This document shows positions 13,355 to 26,410 of a DNA stretch of 64,000 bases, piece by piece. How positions within the stretch are numbered: the stretch's first letter is position 1; each line of letters opens with the position of its first letter. This DNA is from Eledone cirrhosa (Eukaryota), in the NCBI GenBank assembly GCA_964016885.1, contig OZ024741.1, forward strand, positions 311,302,001-311,366,000, read 5' to 3'. Position numbers and translations under genes: made by a program. The notes below the pieces were generated by a model. It ran no database searches. It worked only from the letters and a program-made list of their open reading frames with translations, and had not been told where the DNA came from.

Positions 13355-13744
13355 GTGTATGTATGTGTGTATATATATATCTCTATTAATGCGTGTGTGT
13401 ATGTATATACATATGCCTTTTTATTATTATTTTTATTTGTATGTCTGAGTTAGGTGAGGTTGTAGTGGTTTTTTATGTATATACGCATATATGGATGCGT
13501 ATGTATTTGTATATATGAGTATAAGTAAGTGCATATGTATGTATGATTATATATCTAATTCTATGTATGAATATACATGTATATATATATGTGTGTATGT
13601 AAGTTGTGTGTGTATGTATCTATATGTCTATGTGTGTGTATATATATATATGTATATATGTATATCGATGTACGTATATGTATGTACATGTATGTACATG
13701 TATGTGTGTATGTATGTGTATGTATATTTAGATGTATGTGTATG

Positions 13745-13783
<39 letters not shown>

Positions 13784-14060
13784 ATATATATATATGTATA
13801 TATCTTTATTATTTATTTTTTTTTTTTTTATATATATGTGTATGTGTGTATGTGTTGCGTGTGTGTGTGTGTATATATATATATATCTTTATATATGTGT
13901 ATGTGTATGTTCGTGTAGGTGTATGTGTGTGTATGACTGTATATGTATGTGCGTATGTGTGTATGCGTAAATATTTCTATGTGTGTGTACATGTATGTAT
14001 GTGTATATATCTGTATGTGTATGTATATTATATTATATTTATTATATTTTATTGTTTTAT
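12350..14060. repeat. Long degenerate (TA)/(TG)/(TATG) low-complexity tract
   Basis: Direct reading. All ORFs here are Y/I/C/V/M artefacts. Confidence 0.95.
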
Positions 14061-14610
14061 TTTTTTATTTTTCTTAATTTATAGATACATTTATATTAGG
14101 CAGTCTGCTCAGACAGTTGAATACTGACCCCTCCCCCCCCCTCCCACCTAATTTCTGTATCTTGATCTAAAAATGTGTGTGCCAGTGTTTTATGTGAGTG
14201 AATTAATATCCATGTGCTTATGATTTTATATCCACATATATAAATGTGAGTGGGGGTGTGTGTGTGTTTGTATGTTCGTGGTTATGTGTATATTTATGCA
14301 TATACGCGCGTGTATGTGTGATTGTACTGATATGTGTGAGTATGTAAAAATATATTTATATACTTGACTTCATAAGTATCAATGCGCATCTTATCTGCGC
14401 ATTGTAAGCTTACAGAGACATTAACCTTGAAATTTTGTATTTGCATCCATCCTTTTAGTATGCGTATACAAATTATACATACATTTTTGTAAAATATGTG
14501 TAAGGGTTTTACATGTATATACACACACCGAACTGCATTTAACCCTTTGTGTTTTCATTGGTCAATTTTGAACTGAAATTTTGAATTGTTGTTATTATCA
14601 ATAAATATAC

Positions 14611-14765
14611 TTCATTATTTCTGAAGACGGCGTATATATGTGTTTGGTATGTATATTTAATCTTGATAATTTGTATAATTTTGTATAATTTTGTACATAG
14701 ATCTGTTGAATATGCATACCAATTCTAACACATATATATCCTAGAAACGATCGTTAAATAATGAA
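14611..14765 (+). ncRNA. Type I hammerhead-ribozyme-like motif with an extended stem II
   Basis: Stem I TTCATTATTT (14611-20) / AAATAATGAA (14756-65). CTGAAGA at 14621-27. Long stem II (tatatatgtgtt...ggtatg / catacc...aacacatatata). GAAA at 14744-47. Palindromic stem III ACGATCGT. Predicted cut after GUU at 14755. The base of stem II is imperfect. Confidence 0.6.
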
Positions 14766-14950
14766 CTTTTTTTGTTTAATATAAGGAATTGTTTATTCAT
14801 TATTTGTTTAATATTTTATCTTGACTCTGTATACCGTTTATCTTTCACCGAAAGTGGTTTTTCATTACATCTCTTCTTTCCATGATATCCGGAATACATT
14901 GAGTTCTTCATACGGATTGGACACTACCGTAAACTCTTGGTAGATTTATC

Positions 14951-14981
<31 letters not shown>

Positions 14982-15527
14982 TACTGTATATGTATAAATG
15001 CATACATATACACATACACACACACACACATACATACATACCTACACACACACATACATACATACATACATACATACATACATACATGCATACATACATA
15101 CATACATACATACATACATACATGATGATGGATGCCCACTCGTTATCGAGTATGGCCATTGCACGAGATGAAAAAAAAAATAATAATAATAAATAAATAA
15201 AAATAAAATAAAAATAAAAAAAAATAAAAAAATAATAATAATAAATAAATAAAATAATAATAATAAATAAAAAAAATAAAAATGTTTTCTTTATTAACCA
15301 CAAGGGTTTACATAAAGTAGACATTAAGGACAGTACAGGACAATACAGGACGGTACAAATGGGCATTTCTGCGTGTAAAAAAAACAGAGGATGAAATAAA
15401 ATAACAAAGAAAAATTCCCCAATAGTGGGGAGACTTCCGAGGGACATTTGTGGAGAAAGCCCATTAAAAGACCACAGTGGCCCTGACCACCAGGGCAAGT
15501 GCCCTCTCCCAGTTTTCCACCTTTAAT

Positions 15528-18500
15528 TTACAGACACATACTCAGAGAAGGCCCATTCATTCGGGCCATACTTGCTTCTCTCACACATCTTTCAACAAAA
15601 TGCTGGGAAGAGAGCACTTCCCTCTCTACCCTGATTTTCCTTTTCAGATGAAATTTGAAAAAGTTAATCAGGGCATCACCGAAGAGGTAAGTGCTCGTCT
15701 TCAGCCCTTTCAAACGTGTCCACCATACTATCTCTTTCGCCATGGCCACCAGACAGATAAAAACTGCCTGCCCTTCCCGGCTAAAGGAAGAGGGCGGGGC
15801 AATCCTCACGATGGACTCAGCTGATAGCTGGATCCGTCCTACACGTGACAGCAGGTGTTCGACATAAACCCACAAGTCAGCAATGCTCGGACACTGGACG
15901 AGTGCGTGCAGGACGGTTTCGTCGCCCTGTGCGCATCTCGGATATGCCCGGCTGACGGCACCTCCATGCCTGTAAAGTTTATACCGAACTGGCAAAGCAC
16001 CCCGGTAGCACTGCCAGGCCAGGGATTTCTGGAAGTTGTCCATAGGCCCCGGCCCGAAAGTCCTTCCGAAGAGATTGGCTAATTGATTTTCGTCGACGCC
16101 TAGAGTTTCTCCAAGTACGTCGTCGCTCTTCCCTTCCACTAATCCTCTATAGAACGCCAAGGTGGAGTTTCCACCGATCACATTGCCCGATTGGTCGAGG
16201 GCGGTGAGCGCCTGAAGACATTCCAGTCTCCAAGCGCTCCCTCTCGGTCTTCGCTTGACCCAGGACTGCAGCTCCGCCAAGGAGACGAGCTGGGGAAAAA
16301 CGTGTCTAGCAAACGTCGACCACACCTGATCACCGTCGAGGAAGAGGTGGAGATGTCGTAGCCTGAGCGCGTGTCTGCGCATCATCAGCCACGGCATGCC
16401 CAGCCCTCCACGTAGCGGGTGTTGACAACAGATGGACCGCCTGACCATCGGAGCGCGTCCCTTCCACAAGAAGCGAAAGAGCAAACGCTCCAGCGCAGTC
16501 AGGCGGGGCTTAGGACAAGGTACGACGGTCAGGCGGTAGTAGATGACGGAGGCGATGTACGCGTTAGCCACCTCCGCTCGACCTTTCAGGGTTGGCTTCC
16601 TCTCGGCCCATTTCTGGGTGAGAGAAGCCACCCTGCTCGTCACCTCGTCCCAGTTTTTGTCCGTCTGGAGGTCTAGACCGAACCAGACCCCTAGCAATTT
16701 AACTGGTCCGTCTGTCCAGCGCCCGACGACGCTGTTGGACGGCATGGATCTGCCTCTCCAGGTGCCGAGCTGCAGGCCCACTGACTTTTCCTGTTTGATC
16801 ATTGCTCCTGTCACCGCTTCGTATTCTCTTAGTGTAGTGCCGATCGCCTCGATGTGTTTGGCGTTCGACACCACTACGGTCACATCGTCCGCATATGCTG
16901 ACACGGATCTTCCGCATCCTAGTTCGCGCGGGATCCCCCTCAACGTCTCCAGTTTTTGCAGTAATGGCTCGAGAGTCAATACGTACAATAGGGACGAGAG
17001 GGGACATCCTTGACGGACCGAGCGCATGATGTTGAACGGTTCCGAAAGGTGACCGTTCACTCTCACTACAGATCAGATGTTGCTGTGCATGGCAGCGATC
17101 CAGCCTCTGAAGACGGGCCCAAAGCCAGCCGCTCTCAGGACTGCCGCTAGGTAACGATGGTCGACCCTATCGAAGGCTTTCGACTGATCTAAATTGATCA
17201 AAGACCCACCCGTGCCAGGTTCCCTAGCTACCCTCTCTACGATGTATCGCATGAGATGGAGGTTGTCGTGAATAGATCTGTCGGGAATGGCGCATGTCTG
17301 TGCCTCTCCCACCAGACCACCAACGACAAGCGCCAACCTCTTTGCTAGCACCTTGGCCAAAATCTTGAACTCTGTCTTTAGCAGAGTTATGGGCCTACCT
17401 AAAATTATCTATGTTATCCCCCTTGTTCGGATCCTTTCTCAGCAGCGCCACCGCTCCTCGGCTCACAGAGCTGGGAATTCTCCCGTTCTGTTGCCAGTTG
17501 CAGTAGACGTCCGCCAAGAGGCCTCCGAACAAGTTTGGCATTTGTACGTAAAGTTCATAGGGCAGACCATCTAAACCAGGCGATTTTCCCCTTGTGCAAC
17601 TAGTCATTGCATCCCGTACTTCAGCGGTTGTTACCGGCTTTTCGCAACACTCCGCCTCAGTGGCCGAAAGCCGCGGCAGTCCGTCGAGGTAGACACTAAA
17701 GTCCATCCCTCGAACCGGCCCGCCACTGCCCCCGAACAGTTGAGCGAAGTGTCGCTGAAAAGATTCACACATTTGCCCGGGATCGAGTAGCATGCGCCCG
17801 TCGTGGTCCACCAAAGACCGGATCGTGGCTTTGTTGCCACGACGCGCCTCCGCCATTCGGGCCCATTGAACGGCTTTCGTCCCCTCGTGTCTGAGAGCAC
17901 GCACCCTACCTCTGACAACGCAGCCTTCGTGCTTTGCATTAAAGAATTGGTCAAGGGCCAATTTCGCCGCAAGTACGTCGGTCGCGATGCCTTTGCTAAG
18001 CGCCTCATCTAATTTTCTAACTAATTCTCCCTCTGCTCTATTTTTCTCTATTGCTAAAGTCTTACTAAACCTAATGGACTCTATTTTTAATTGCTCTTTT
18101 CAGAGCAAACCACCACTTGTTTTTGACGATGGCCCCCGTCAACGCCCGCTTAACTAGTTCGCTAATCCGGTCTCTGTAGGCCTTGCGCGCTGGTAAGGAC
18201 GCGTTTAGCTTCCAGTAGCCAGGTCCTCGTCTATGAAGCCTATCTAAATCAAGCACACAGATCACGAATTTGTGGTCCGTGTAGCTGACTATCTTGAATT
18301 GTGGACAGCCTATGCTAGACCTATCTATTTCCCTACAAAATCATCTATCTAGATATGATCTGGATGACCCTATGCGATTTGTCCAAGTCCACATTGGTAC
18401 ATTCGGGAAATCCATTCGGTACCTGTCAGACAGTTCAAAACGTCTGAGCAGGTTGGTGAGACTCTTGCACCCTCATTCCCTATCCACTAATCCCACACAA

Positions 18501-18952
18501 TCCCAGCGTGCATCTAAGATCCCGTTCCAGTCGCCCACTAACACTAAAGAGCGGGACGTTCCAAGAAAGGTCTCCAGACGCCGGAAGAAATCAGGCCGCC
18601 CTGCTCCTGTCGGGGCATAGACGGCCACTAACCTGAAAGCTTGCCCGTCTCCGCTGGTCACGTCCAGCACCACCAACTTACCTTCTGGGTCCAGGAAGAT
18701 GGCCCGTATGGCAAGATCCAAACCTCACCGAAAAAGCACAGCAACTCCTCCCCCCGATCCCGGACGGCTGGGAGACGCGTACACATCGTAGCCGCCGAAG
18801 ATCGGTGCGAAAGCCTGCGCTTCGGAGATTCTGGTCTCGCTGATGGCCACTACATCTATGTTTAGTGACCTGAGGTCGTTGAGCAGGTGGCCCTGCTTCC
18901 ATGACGACCCCAAGCCACGCGCATTTATGCTGCCTATTCTGAGTGAGGTCAT
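15528..18952 (-). pseudogene. Tx1/L1 ORF2 (AP endonuclease, RT, zf-RVT), several frameshifts
   Basis: APE: SINARGL, ISETR, VYAP, GDWN, (S)YLDR, DHK, GYWKLN. RT: KSPGLDGLPYELY, LDQSKAFDRVDH, SVRQGCPLS, AYADD. C-terminal C....ETVLHALVQC. Confidence 0.9.
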
Positions 18953-18986
18953 GTTGAAAAGGAGTGGAAAAGATGGGAAAGACCAC

Positions 18987-20696
18987 TTACCTTACTTCTC
19001 GTAGGGGAAGGACGGTTTTTCCATCCTTTTCACTGCTTGTGGCCTCCTCAGGAAGGATGTCCTTATAAATCCTCCTGGGGAGTGCTTGTCGGAAGTCTCC
19101 GATGTCTTTGGGGAATTTTTGTTTTATTGTCATGTACGTTTTCTGTGTGATGCGAGTGATTTGTATGTGTGGAGGTGGTGTGAATTTTGGGGTTGTTGTG
19201 TAGTCTTTTTCTGTGATGCTGTTGTGTTGGATGTAGTGTAATAATTGCTTGTTGTTCAAATTTAATGCTGTGTAGTGTGTATTGTTTTGGTTGTTTTGTT
19301 TGCGTTTGTTGTGGGTTTGTTTCTGTTTCGCATTTTGGTGACTTTTGTGGTGTAGGTGATGGTGGTGTTGGAGTTAATGATGGTGTTGGTGTTGGTGTTT
19401 GGGTTGATGGGGTTGGTGATGCTGGTGTGGATGGTGGCATATCTGTCCTAACTTTTTCGTTTCTTAGTTTATTTGTTTCCCTCTGTATTTTGTTTTTGGA
19501 GGGGGAAGGAAGAGAATTTTTTCTTTTTTGGTTTCTTTTTTTGTTCCGGATATCGTTTCCCACTCCTCGTCGTCACAATCTGTCTCCAGTTGTGATAGGC
19601 CGGGGAGTGGAAAATCCTCCACAGGCGTTAGTTTTGGTTGTGGCGTGGTGGATGGTGTAGGCGCTGGTGCTAGTTCTGAAGCGTTGGGTGGTTGTGGTAT
19701 TGGTTTTGCTGGTGGTGGTGGTGGTGGTGTTGGTTTTGCTACTGTTGCTGGGGTTGTTGCTGTTATAGTTGCTTCTGTTGTTGCTGCTACAGTTGTTGCT
19801 GCCATCTCTGCTACTGGTGGTGTTGATGGTTGTGTCACTGGGGTGGGTAGGAGAGGTGGCCTCAACCTTTTAGCCTGAGGGCAGAAAGCCCTTAGGTGGG
19901 TTCCTTCACCACAAACGACACACCTAGGTCTTCTGCCCTCGACAATTACCGTGAGGTGGCTGCCGTCAGTGAGGTCTATTACCTCTGGCATCTCCTCAAT
20001 GCTTTTTTGGTCCGCTTGGATCAGGAGCTCCATCCCAGATCCGGACCAGTTTTCCTGCTTTGCTTTTGCTATTGCTATTATTTTTGTGTTGGCTTCGATG
20101 CCGGCGAGGACGGCCGTTATTAGCCATGGAATTTTGATGGCCGGTGGAACGTGGGTCACCCTGATCTTTACGAGTCTCTGGCCACAATAGCTTGGGACGA
20201 GTGTGAAGTCGTCACTTCTTAATAGGGCCATGGGGTGTTCTCTAGCCTCCTCTGGTGTTTCAAAGAACACGTCCACGGTTCCATACTTCTGCCCACGTCT
20301 GATGTGGGTTTTTCTTGCCCACACATGTCCCAAAGCTTTTTGGATTTGGGACTCGGATGCCCGTTCCACTCGGCGCGATTTTACATTTATCGTTCGATAC
20401 GACACGGTGCATAGGCGCCGATGCTCCATTTTATTAGGTGGTGGTGGTGGGGGGGTGAGGCTGACCCTGTACCCATCTTTCTTTACCATTTGTTTGGCAT
20501 TTTCTAAATCCTCCTGAGTTACCGTAAATGCTTCGAACTGTTTTGCTACTCTGGCGAAACTGAGGGGGGTTTTTATAATGTCATTGTTGTTGTTGTTGTT
20601 ATCGTTATTTGTGTTAATATTAATTTTAGTTTCAGTTGTGGTGGTGGTGACGTCAGTCGTCTTTGGTGGGGAAGAGTCTATTTTGCTTGATTTCAT
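18987..20696 (-). pseudogene. Tx1/L1 ORF1 (gag-like, CCHC knuckle, Pro/Thr-rich tail), frameshifted in its 3' part
   Basis: 410-aa ORF with CVVCGEGTHLRAFC (CX2CX4HX4C). It continues through overlapping frames 19063-19563 and 18987-19259 to a TAA just before ORF2. Confidence 0.8.
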
Positions 20697-20893
20697 TTCG
20701 ATATCACGAGTTAATTTATTTTTTTCTTCTAAAAAAAAAAAATAATAATAAATAAATTAAAATATAATAAAAATTAAAAAAAATAAAAAAAAATAAATAT
20801 ATATATATATATATATACATATACATACACATATACACACACACACACTCACACACACATATACACACACATACATTATTAACAATAAACAAG

Positions 20894-21085
20894 GGCGATG
20901 GATTGGCAGTATCGGTAGAGGGTCGGACGCCATGCTTTGACGCGTAGAGTTACGGCCCTTGCCATTCTGAGTTCAAATCCCGCCGAGGTTAACTTTGCCT
21001 TTCATCCTTACGAGGTCGATAAAATAAAGTACCAGTAATACACTGGGTAATTGCTGGCCTTGTGCCAAAAGTAGAAACAATTATT
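20894..21085 (+). mobile_element. Nin/Deu-domain tRNA-type SINE, best copy in the window
   Basis: A-box-like tggcagtatcgg, B-box gagttcaaatcc, central gcctttcatccttacgaggtcgataaaataaagtaccag resembling the Nin/Deu SINE core, (TAA)n tail. Confidence 0.8.
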
Positions 21086-21219
21086 AACAATAATAATAAT
21101 AATAATAATAACAACAATAATAATAACGACAACAACAATAATAATATACATATACATATATATATACACTCACACGCACACACATAAGCACATCTACACA
21201 CACACACACACGATAGCAA

Positions 21220-24200
21220 CTAACAGCGCTGCGATCGAATGTGGCTTTTTAGCCCAGCCAATGATCTAAAATGTCTTGCACAGAGTCGGCAACCAAAACA
21301 TTCACTGGGAATAGTCGGCTATGGTTGGAGTTCGTGTACTTATGCATGTCGCTTAAGCCCTCCTGCTGCTTTACATTCTCTACCACATGTTTGGCAAGCA
21401 TGATGAGTAGCATCTCCAACTGCAGCCTGGTAGTCAACCACTGGTCTTACTTTATGACTGCGAAGATGACTTTCGAGTCCAGCTTTGCTTAGGCAGAGTC
21501 TCGCACATACGCTGCATGACAGCACCATAGGAGGATCCTCGCCGTCTGGAATTGCAACAGCAATGCCCTTCCTCACATCCCGCTTTACTTTCTCGTATGC
21601 GATTCGAGATGCCTCAAAGGCAACTTTTCCCTCATATACAGTCTTTCTCCATTTATTACGATCAGCAGCAATATTTTCCCATGTATCAGCAGAGATGTTA
21701 GCGTCTTTCAGAGAGGCTTTCAAGGAATGCTTACACCTCTTTTTTGGTTTATGTGGCGGTCGTTTTCCTTTAACCAACTCTCCGTAAAAAGAGTTGTTTT
21801 GGTATTCTAGAATCCTTCATCCTGGCAAGATGACCACTCCAACGGAGTCGTTGCTTAAGCACAAGAGCTTCTATACTGTCACACATAGAGCTTTCCAAAA
21901 TCTCGACATCACTGATGTGGTCCCTCCAGTGAACGCCATGGATCCGTCTGAGACACATCTGATGGAAACGCTCCAATTTCTTAAGGTGGTGTCGATATGT
22001 GACCCAGGTCTCGCAGGCATAAAGAAGACAAGAGAGCACACATGCCCTGTACACCTTTACCTTTGTCCTCCTGCATATGTCTCGCCGACCCCAGAGTCGC
22101 CTTTCTAGCTTTCCGAAAGCATCACTTGCTTTCCTAATCCTAAGTGTGATTTCACTGTCAAGGTTGCTGTATCGATTGACATTGCTTCCCAGGTAGACAA
22201 ACTGATCAACCACTCCAAGTCGTTTGCCATACACATAGATGTTTGGTTCAGTGTACTGCTTACCAGGGGCAGGTTGGTACATGACGACGGTTTTCTTGAG
22301 ACTGACAGTCAGACCTAGGGCACTGTAAGCGTCAGAAAATGCATTCAAAATGTGCTGCATATCACTCTCTGTGTGCGCTACAAGATCGCAATCATCTGCA
22401 TACAAGAGGTCTCTTATGATTGATGTAAATACTTTTGTCTTCGCAGCAAAGCGCCTGATGTTAAATATGCTGCCTGAGGTTCGATATCGGATGTAAACAC
22501 CATGCTCGCAATTCCAGAATGCAATACAGAAAACCATTGCAAAGTATATGGCAAACAGGGTCGGTGCTGGAATATCCCCCTGTTTCACTCCATTTTTTAC
22601 TGAGATAGGCTCCGACATGTTACCTGCGACATTAACTCAAGCCTTCATGTCGTCATGGAAAGACCTAACTAAAGCAAGGAACTTATCAGGGCAACCAAGT
22701 TTCTGGAGAACCTTCCATAATGAATCTCTGTTAACAGTATCGAAAGCTTTTGTCAGAACGACAAAAACCTGATATAGATCCAAGCCTTGTTCCATGCACT
22801 TCTCCTGGAGCTGTCTAGCTGAGAAGATCATATCAGTAGTGCCGCATCCAGCACGAAAACCAGATTGACTTTCAGGAATAACACAATCTGCAATGTGTGT
22901 CAGCAGACGGTCCAGAAGCACCCTACATAAAACTTTCCCTACGACAGAAAGCAATGATATACATCTGTAGTTCCCACAATCGTTCCTGTTACCCTTTCCC
23001 TTGTACAAGACCACCATTACTGCATCTCTCCAGTCCTCAGGTACGGATTCATTAGCCCATATCCTGCCAAACAAAGAGTGAAGATGTTGCAGGAGTCTCT
23101 CACCACCATATTGTAGGAGCTCAGCATGTATGCCATCCATACCTGGAGATCTTCTACTGTTCAGCTTCGAAATAGCCACTGCAAACCTCACAAGCGTCGG
23201 AGGTTCTGCGAGAGCTACTTTCACAGGACTTTCTGGAATGAGATTGAGGAAATCTTCACTGACGACAGACGGCTGATTCAAAAGATCATCAAAGTGCTCT
23301 CGCCACCTTCGTAGAATTCCTTGTGAGTCACGAAGAAATTCTTTGCCATCCCTGCTGCGAAGCGGTGTCACCAGAGAAGAAGACGCCCCATAAATCTCAC
23401 GCAAGAGACTGTACAACAGCTTTGTGTTATTGGAATCAGACGCAGTTTGTATCTCACCAGCCTTCTCACTCCACCACTGATCCTTCATCTGAGAAAGACT
23501 CCGCCTAACACGTGATTTTACATCCATGAGTTTCTCATGCAACGTATTCCTCTCCTGTGGTTTTGCCGTCAAGTAACGTGACAGAGCACGCCTCTTATCA
23601 GCCAACAAGTCTTCTATATGTACATCATTCTCATCAAACCAGTCCTGATGTTTCCTCTGCGCCAATCCCAGAACACGCCTGCCTACATCATAAACCGACT
23701 TTTTAAGGGTTGGCCAATCCTCACCAAGATCTTCAGTCTGCATCTCTTCTTCCAATGTCCTCTTCACATTTTTATCCTTAAGACGAGCAGCATTCAATCT
23801 TTTGGGCAGGGCAACACCAGGAGCCCGGATTTTACGTTTAGTGATTAGTTTCACTTTTGCGCGTACCAGGCGGTGGTCCGTCCAGCAGTCAGCTCCACGA
23901 AGAACACGAACACACTGCACATCCTGTCTGTCACGCATCCTGACTAGGACGTAGTCCAAAAGATGCCATTCCTTAGATGCAGGATGCATCCATGTGCTCT
24001 TGAATTTATTCTTTTGTTGGAACATGGTGTTGGTAACACACAGATCCAGCTCCTCACACATCTGCAGCAGGAGCATACCATTGCTGTTACACTTTCCCAC
24101 CCCATGCCTTCCGATTACATTCCATGTGTTAAAATCCCTACCCACTCTTGCATTAAAGTCACCAAGCACGATGACTTTTTCTACCTGAGAGATATTTCTT

Positions 24201-25120
24201 AAAACACCTTTCAAGGCATGGTAAAAGGACACCTTTTCCTCATCGACAGAACTCATAGTTTTAGCATACACACTCACCAGGGTAGCATATCTTCCCTTGT
24301 CCAGCGGAACTCTCATGGACATAAGACGCTCACTAATCCCTACTGGGAATTCTTCTAATTTGTTCAAAAGCACAGTCTTAACAGCAAATCCTACCCAGCC
24401 TCTCTTCTGATTCCTTCATCTCTTCCTTTCCAGAAGAATGTATATTCTCCACAAAATTCCGTAAGATGACCATCTCCAGCTAGCCTCGTCTCAGATAAAG
24501 CCACGATGTCAAGATCGTAACGTCGAAGCTCCTTTGCAACAAGAGCGGTCCTTCGTTCAGGACGCCCCAAGGAATCCCTGTCAAGCAGCGCCCGTAGGTT
24601 CCAGCAGCCAAGACTAAATGCCTTGTTTGGCTCTATTACAATGGCACGATGACCAGCGGGCCCAAGCTGTGATAACCTGGGGCCCCTGCCCTTATTGCCA
24701 ATGATCTTTTTTGTTCCAGAACCTAAATTGCCAATTATCTCTTTTATATTGTTCTGGAACATCATTGAATTGGAAAAAAAAAAAAAAAGTAATAATAATC
24801 GTAATAATAATAATAATAATAATAATAACAATAATAATAGTACACTATTAACAATTATTAATGCACTCGTGCAATGCCTGTGCGTGACGAATATTTTTAA
24901 AGTGAGGAAAGACTGTGCACTGAGCCAATCCCACTCTCTGAGCGACAGTAGCTATAACCCGAAAAGAAGAAAAGATCAACATCATCGGTAACTACTTAGC
25001 CGCAGGTTTTATGTCGGAGTTAACCCAGTTTCTTGAGATGCCTTCTCCTAGAAGAATGCCCTGACAAGGGCTAGGGATTCTTCACTCCCAGTGGTTTAAC
25101 TGCGCGATCGGGCATCCAGC
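21220..25120 (-). mobile_element. RTE (BovB-like) LINE, near full length; ORF 24720-21220 with about 4 frameshifts/stops
   Basis: APE: CWNLRALLD...RPERRTALVAKELRRYDLDIVALSETR, GDFNARVG, LDYVLV, TDH. RT: SPGMDGI, NYRCISLLS, QSGFR, KAFDTV, GVKQG, LYADD, YLGS. C-terminal C2H2 fingers. A putative 5' UTR extends to about 25120 with an (AAT)n tract. Confidence 0.9.
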
Positions 25121-25254
25121 CCGATTATTTGTCTCCGCGCGCAAAAAAAAATCACTTATTGACACTTATACGTACGACATACACACACGTGCATACATAT
25201 GCGCGCACACAGCAACACTCATACATACAAACAAACACGCTACTCTACTCACTT

Positions 25255-25286
<32 letters not shown>

Positions 25287-25394
25287 TACCGTCATTACTG
25301 ATACAAGATTACAAGATTATGTCAACTGTTGACTTTCAAGAGTTTGTATAGTTGAAGCCGTTCGTATTACAGTCCAGTATTATTATAATTGCTT

Positions 25395-25545
25395 TACAGC
25401 ATAGAGTCACGGCTCTCCACGCTCTGAGCTCAAATCCCGCCGAGGTCAATCTTGCCTTTCATCCCCACGGAGTCAACAAAAGAGAGTACCAGTGATGCAC
25501 TGGGCCAGTCGCTGGATCCGTGCCAAAAGCAGAAAAATTATTATT
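25395..25545 (+). mobile_element. Nin/Deu-domain SINE, 5'-truncated and diverged
   Basis: ctgagctcaaatcccgccgaggtcaatcttgcctttcatcc...gtaccagt...gtgccaaaagcagaaa. Confidence 0.7.
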
Positions 25546-26410
25546 AAAGTTGTTTTCTTAAGGCCCGGTCGCTGGTGATGGTGATGGCGGCGGCGGTAGT
25601 GGTGGTGGTGGCAGTTGATGTTGTTGCTGTGTTGTGTGCGCGTGTGTCTGTGTTTTGTTATTTTGATTTTTTTTTTGTTTTGTTTTTGTTTTTTCCCTTC
25701 TTTTTTCTTTTTTTTTATCTTTTGATGCCGCTGTTGTTGTTGTTGTAAATGTTAATTTCAGTTCATTCTGAAGCTGTTGTTGCTGTAAACATTAGTGCTG
25801 GTGTTGTTGTTGTAGATGTTGGGGTTGAAATCTGGTCGTTTGACTGAGTGATGTATATACACACATATACATACATATATATATGTATATATATATGAAA
25901 TATAAGAATCAAAGAGCTGTTCAAAACATTATATATATATATATACATTCAACAGAGAGTAGAGAGTTTGACAACAGGTCGATGACTTTAGTCTAGATAG
26001 GGTAATGACATATGATGGTGGGGAGAGAGTGTAGAAGTTATTGTGGTGGCGGGGAACAGTGCGATGTATCTAGTTCATTTAACCGTTTTCTTCTCTTTGC
26101 AAAATTTGAGTTTTAGCCATGTTATATTGAGATGTAAGTAAATGTAAAATGTAAAATATAAATAAGGATTGCTCTGCTAAAATATACTAAAATATTTGTG
26201 TAACTTCCACAAAAAATCTGTCGTGACATTCCCGAGTCCAGTGACCAACAAATTGTTGTATTTTGATGTTTCAGAATACAAAAATTAATTAAAAACTTAC
26301 CCCACGAAAAGACCGTGTGTTGTCCTATCTATAAGCTACCTCATACATACATACATACATACATACATACATACATACATACATACATACATACATACAT
26401 ACATACATAC

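Larger units (their letters stand above)
11675..14945 (+). mobile_element. Non-coding PLE-type insertion: 259-bp inverted terminal segments (11675-11933 / 14561-14819) around a low-complexity interior, bounded by (TA)n
   Basis: The arms are reverse complements with one mismatch seen. Each arm contains a hammerhead-like fold. (TA)n tracts at 11540-11675 and 14950-14980. Confidence 0.6.
15282..20730 (-). mobile_element. Tx1/L1-clade non-LTR retrotransposon, near full length
   Basis: Two-ORF layout. AATAAA near 15290 on the minus strand. Flanked on both sides by (A)n/(AAAT)n tracts on the plus strand. Confidence 0.9.

Noticed and set aside
12265-14127. Long ORFs (up to 330 aa) rich in Y/I/C/V/M, and similar ones at 103-507, 9809-10671 and 14924-15498
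   Set aside because: Translations of TA/TG microsatellites, which lack stop codons in most frames.
20894-20985. tRNA gene
   Set aside because: A and B boxes are present but I see no cloverleaf; it is the head of a multi-copy SINE.
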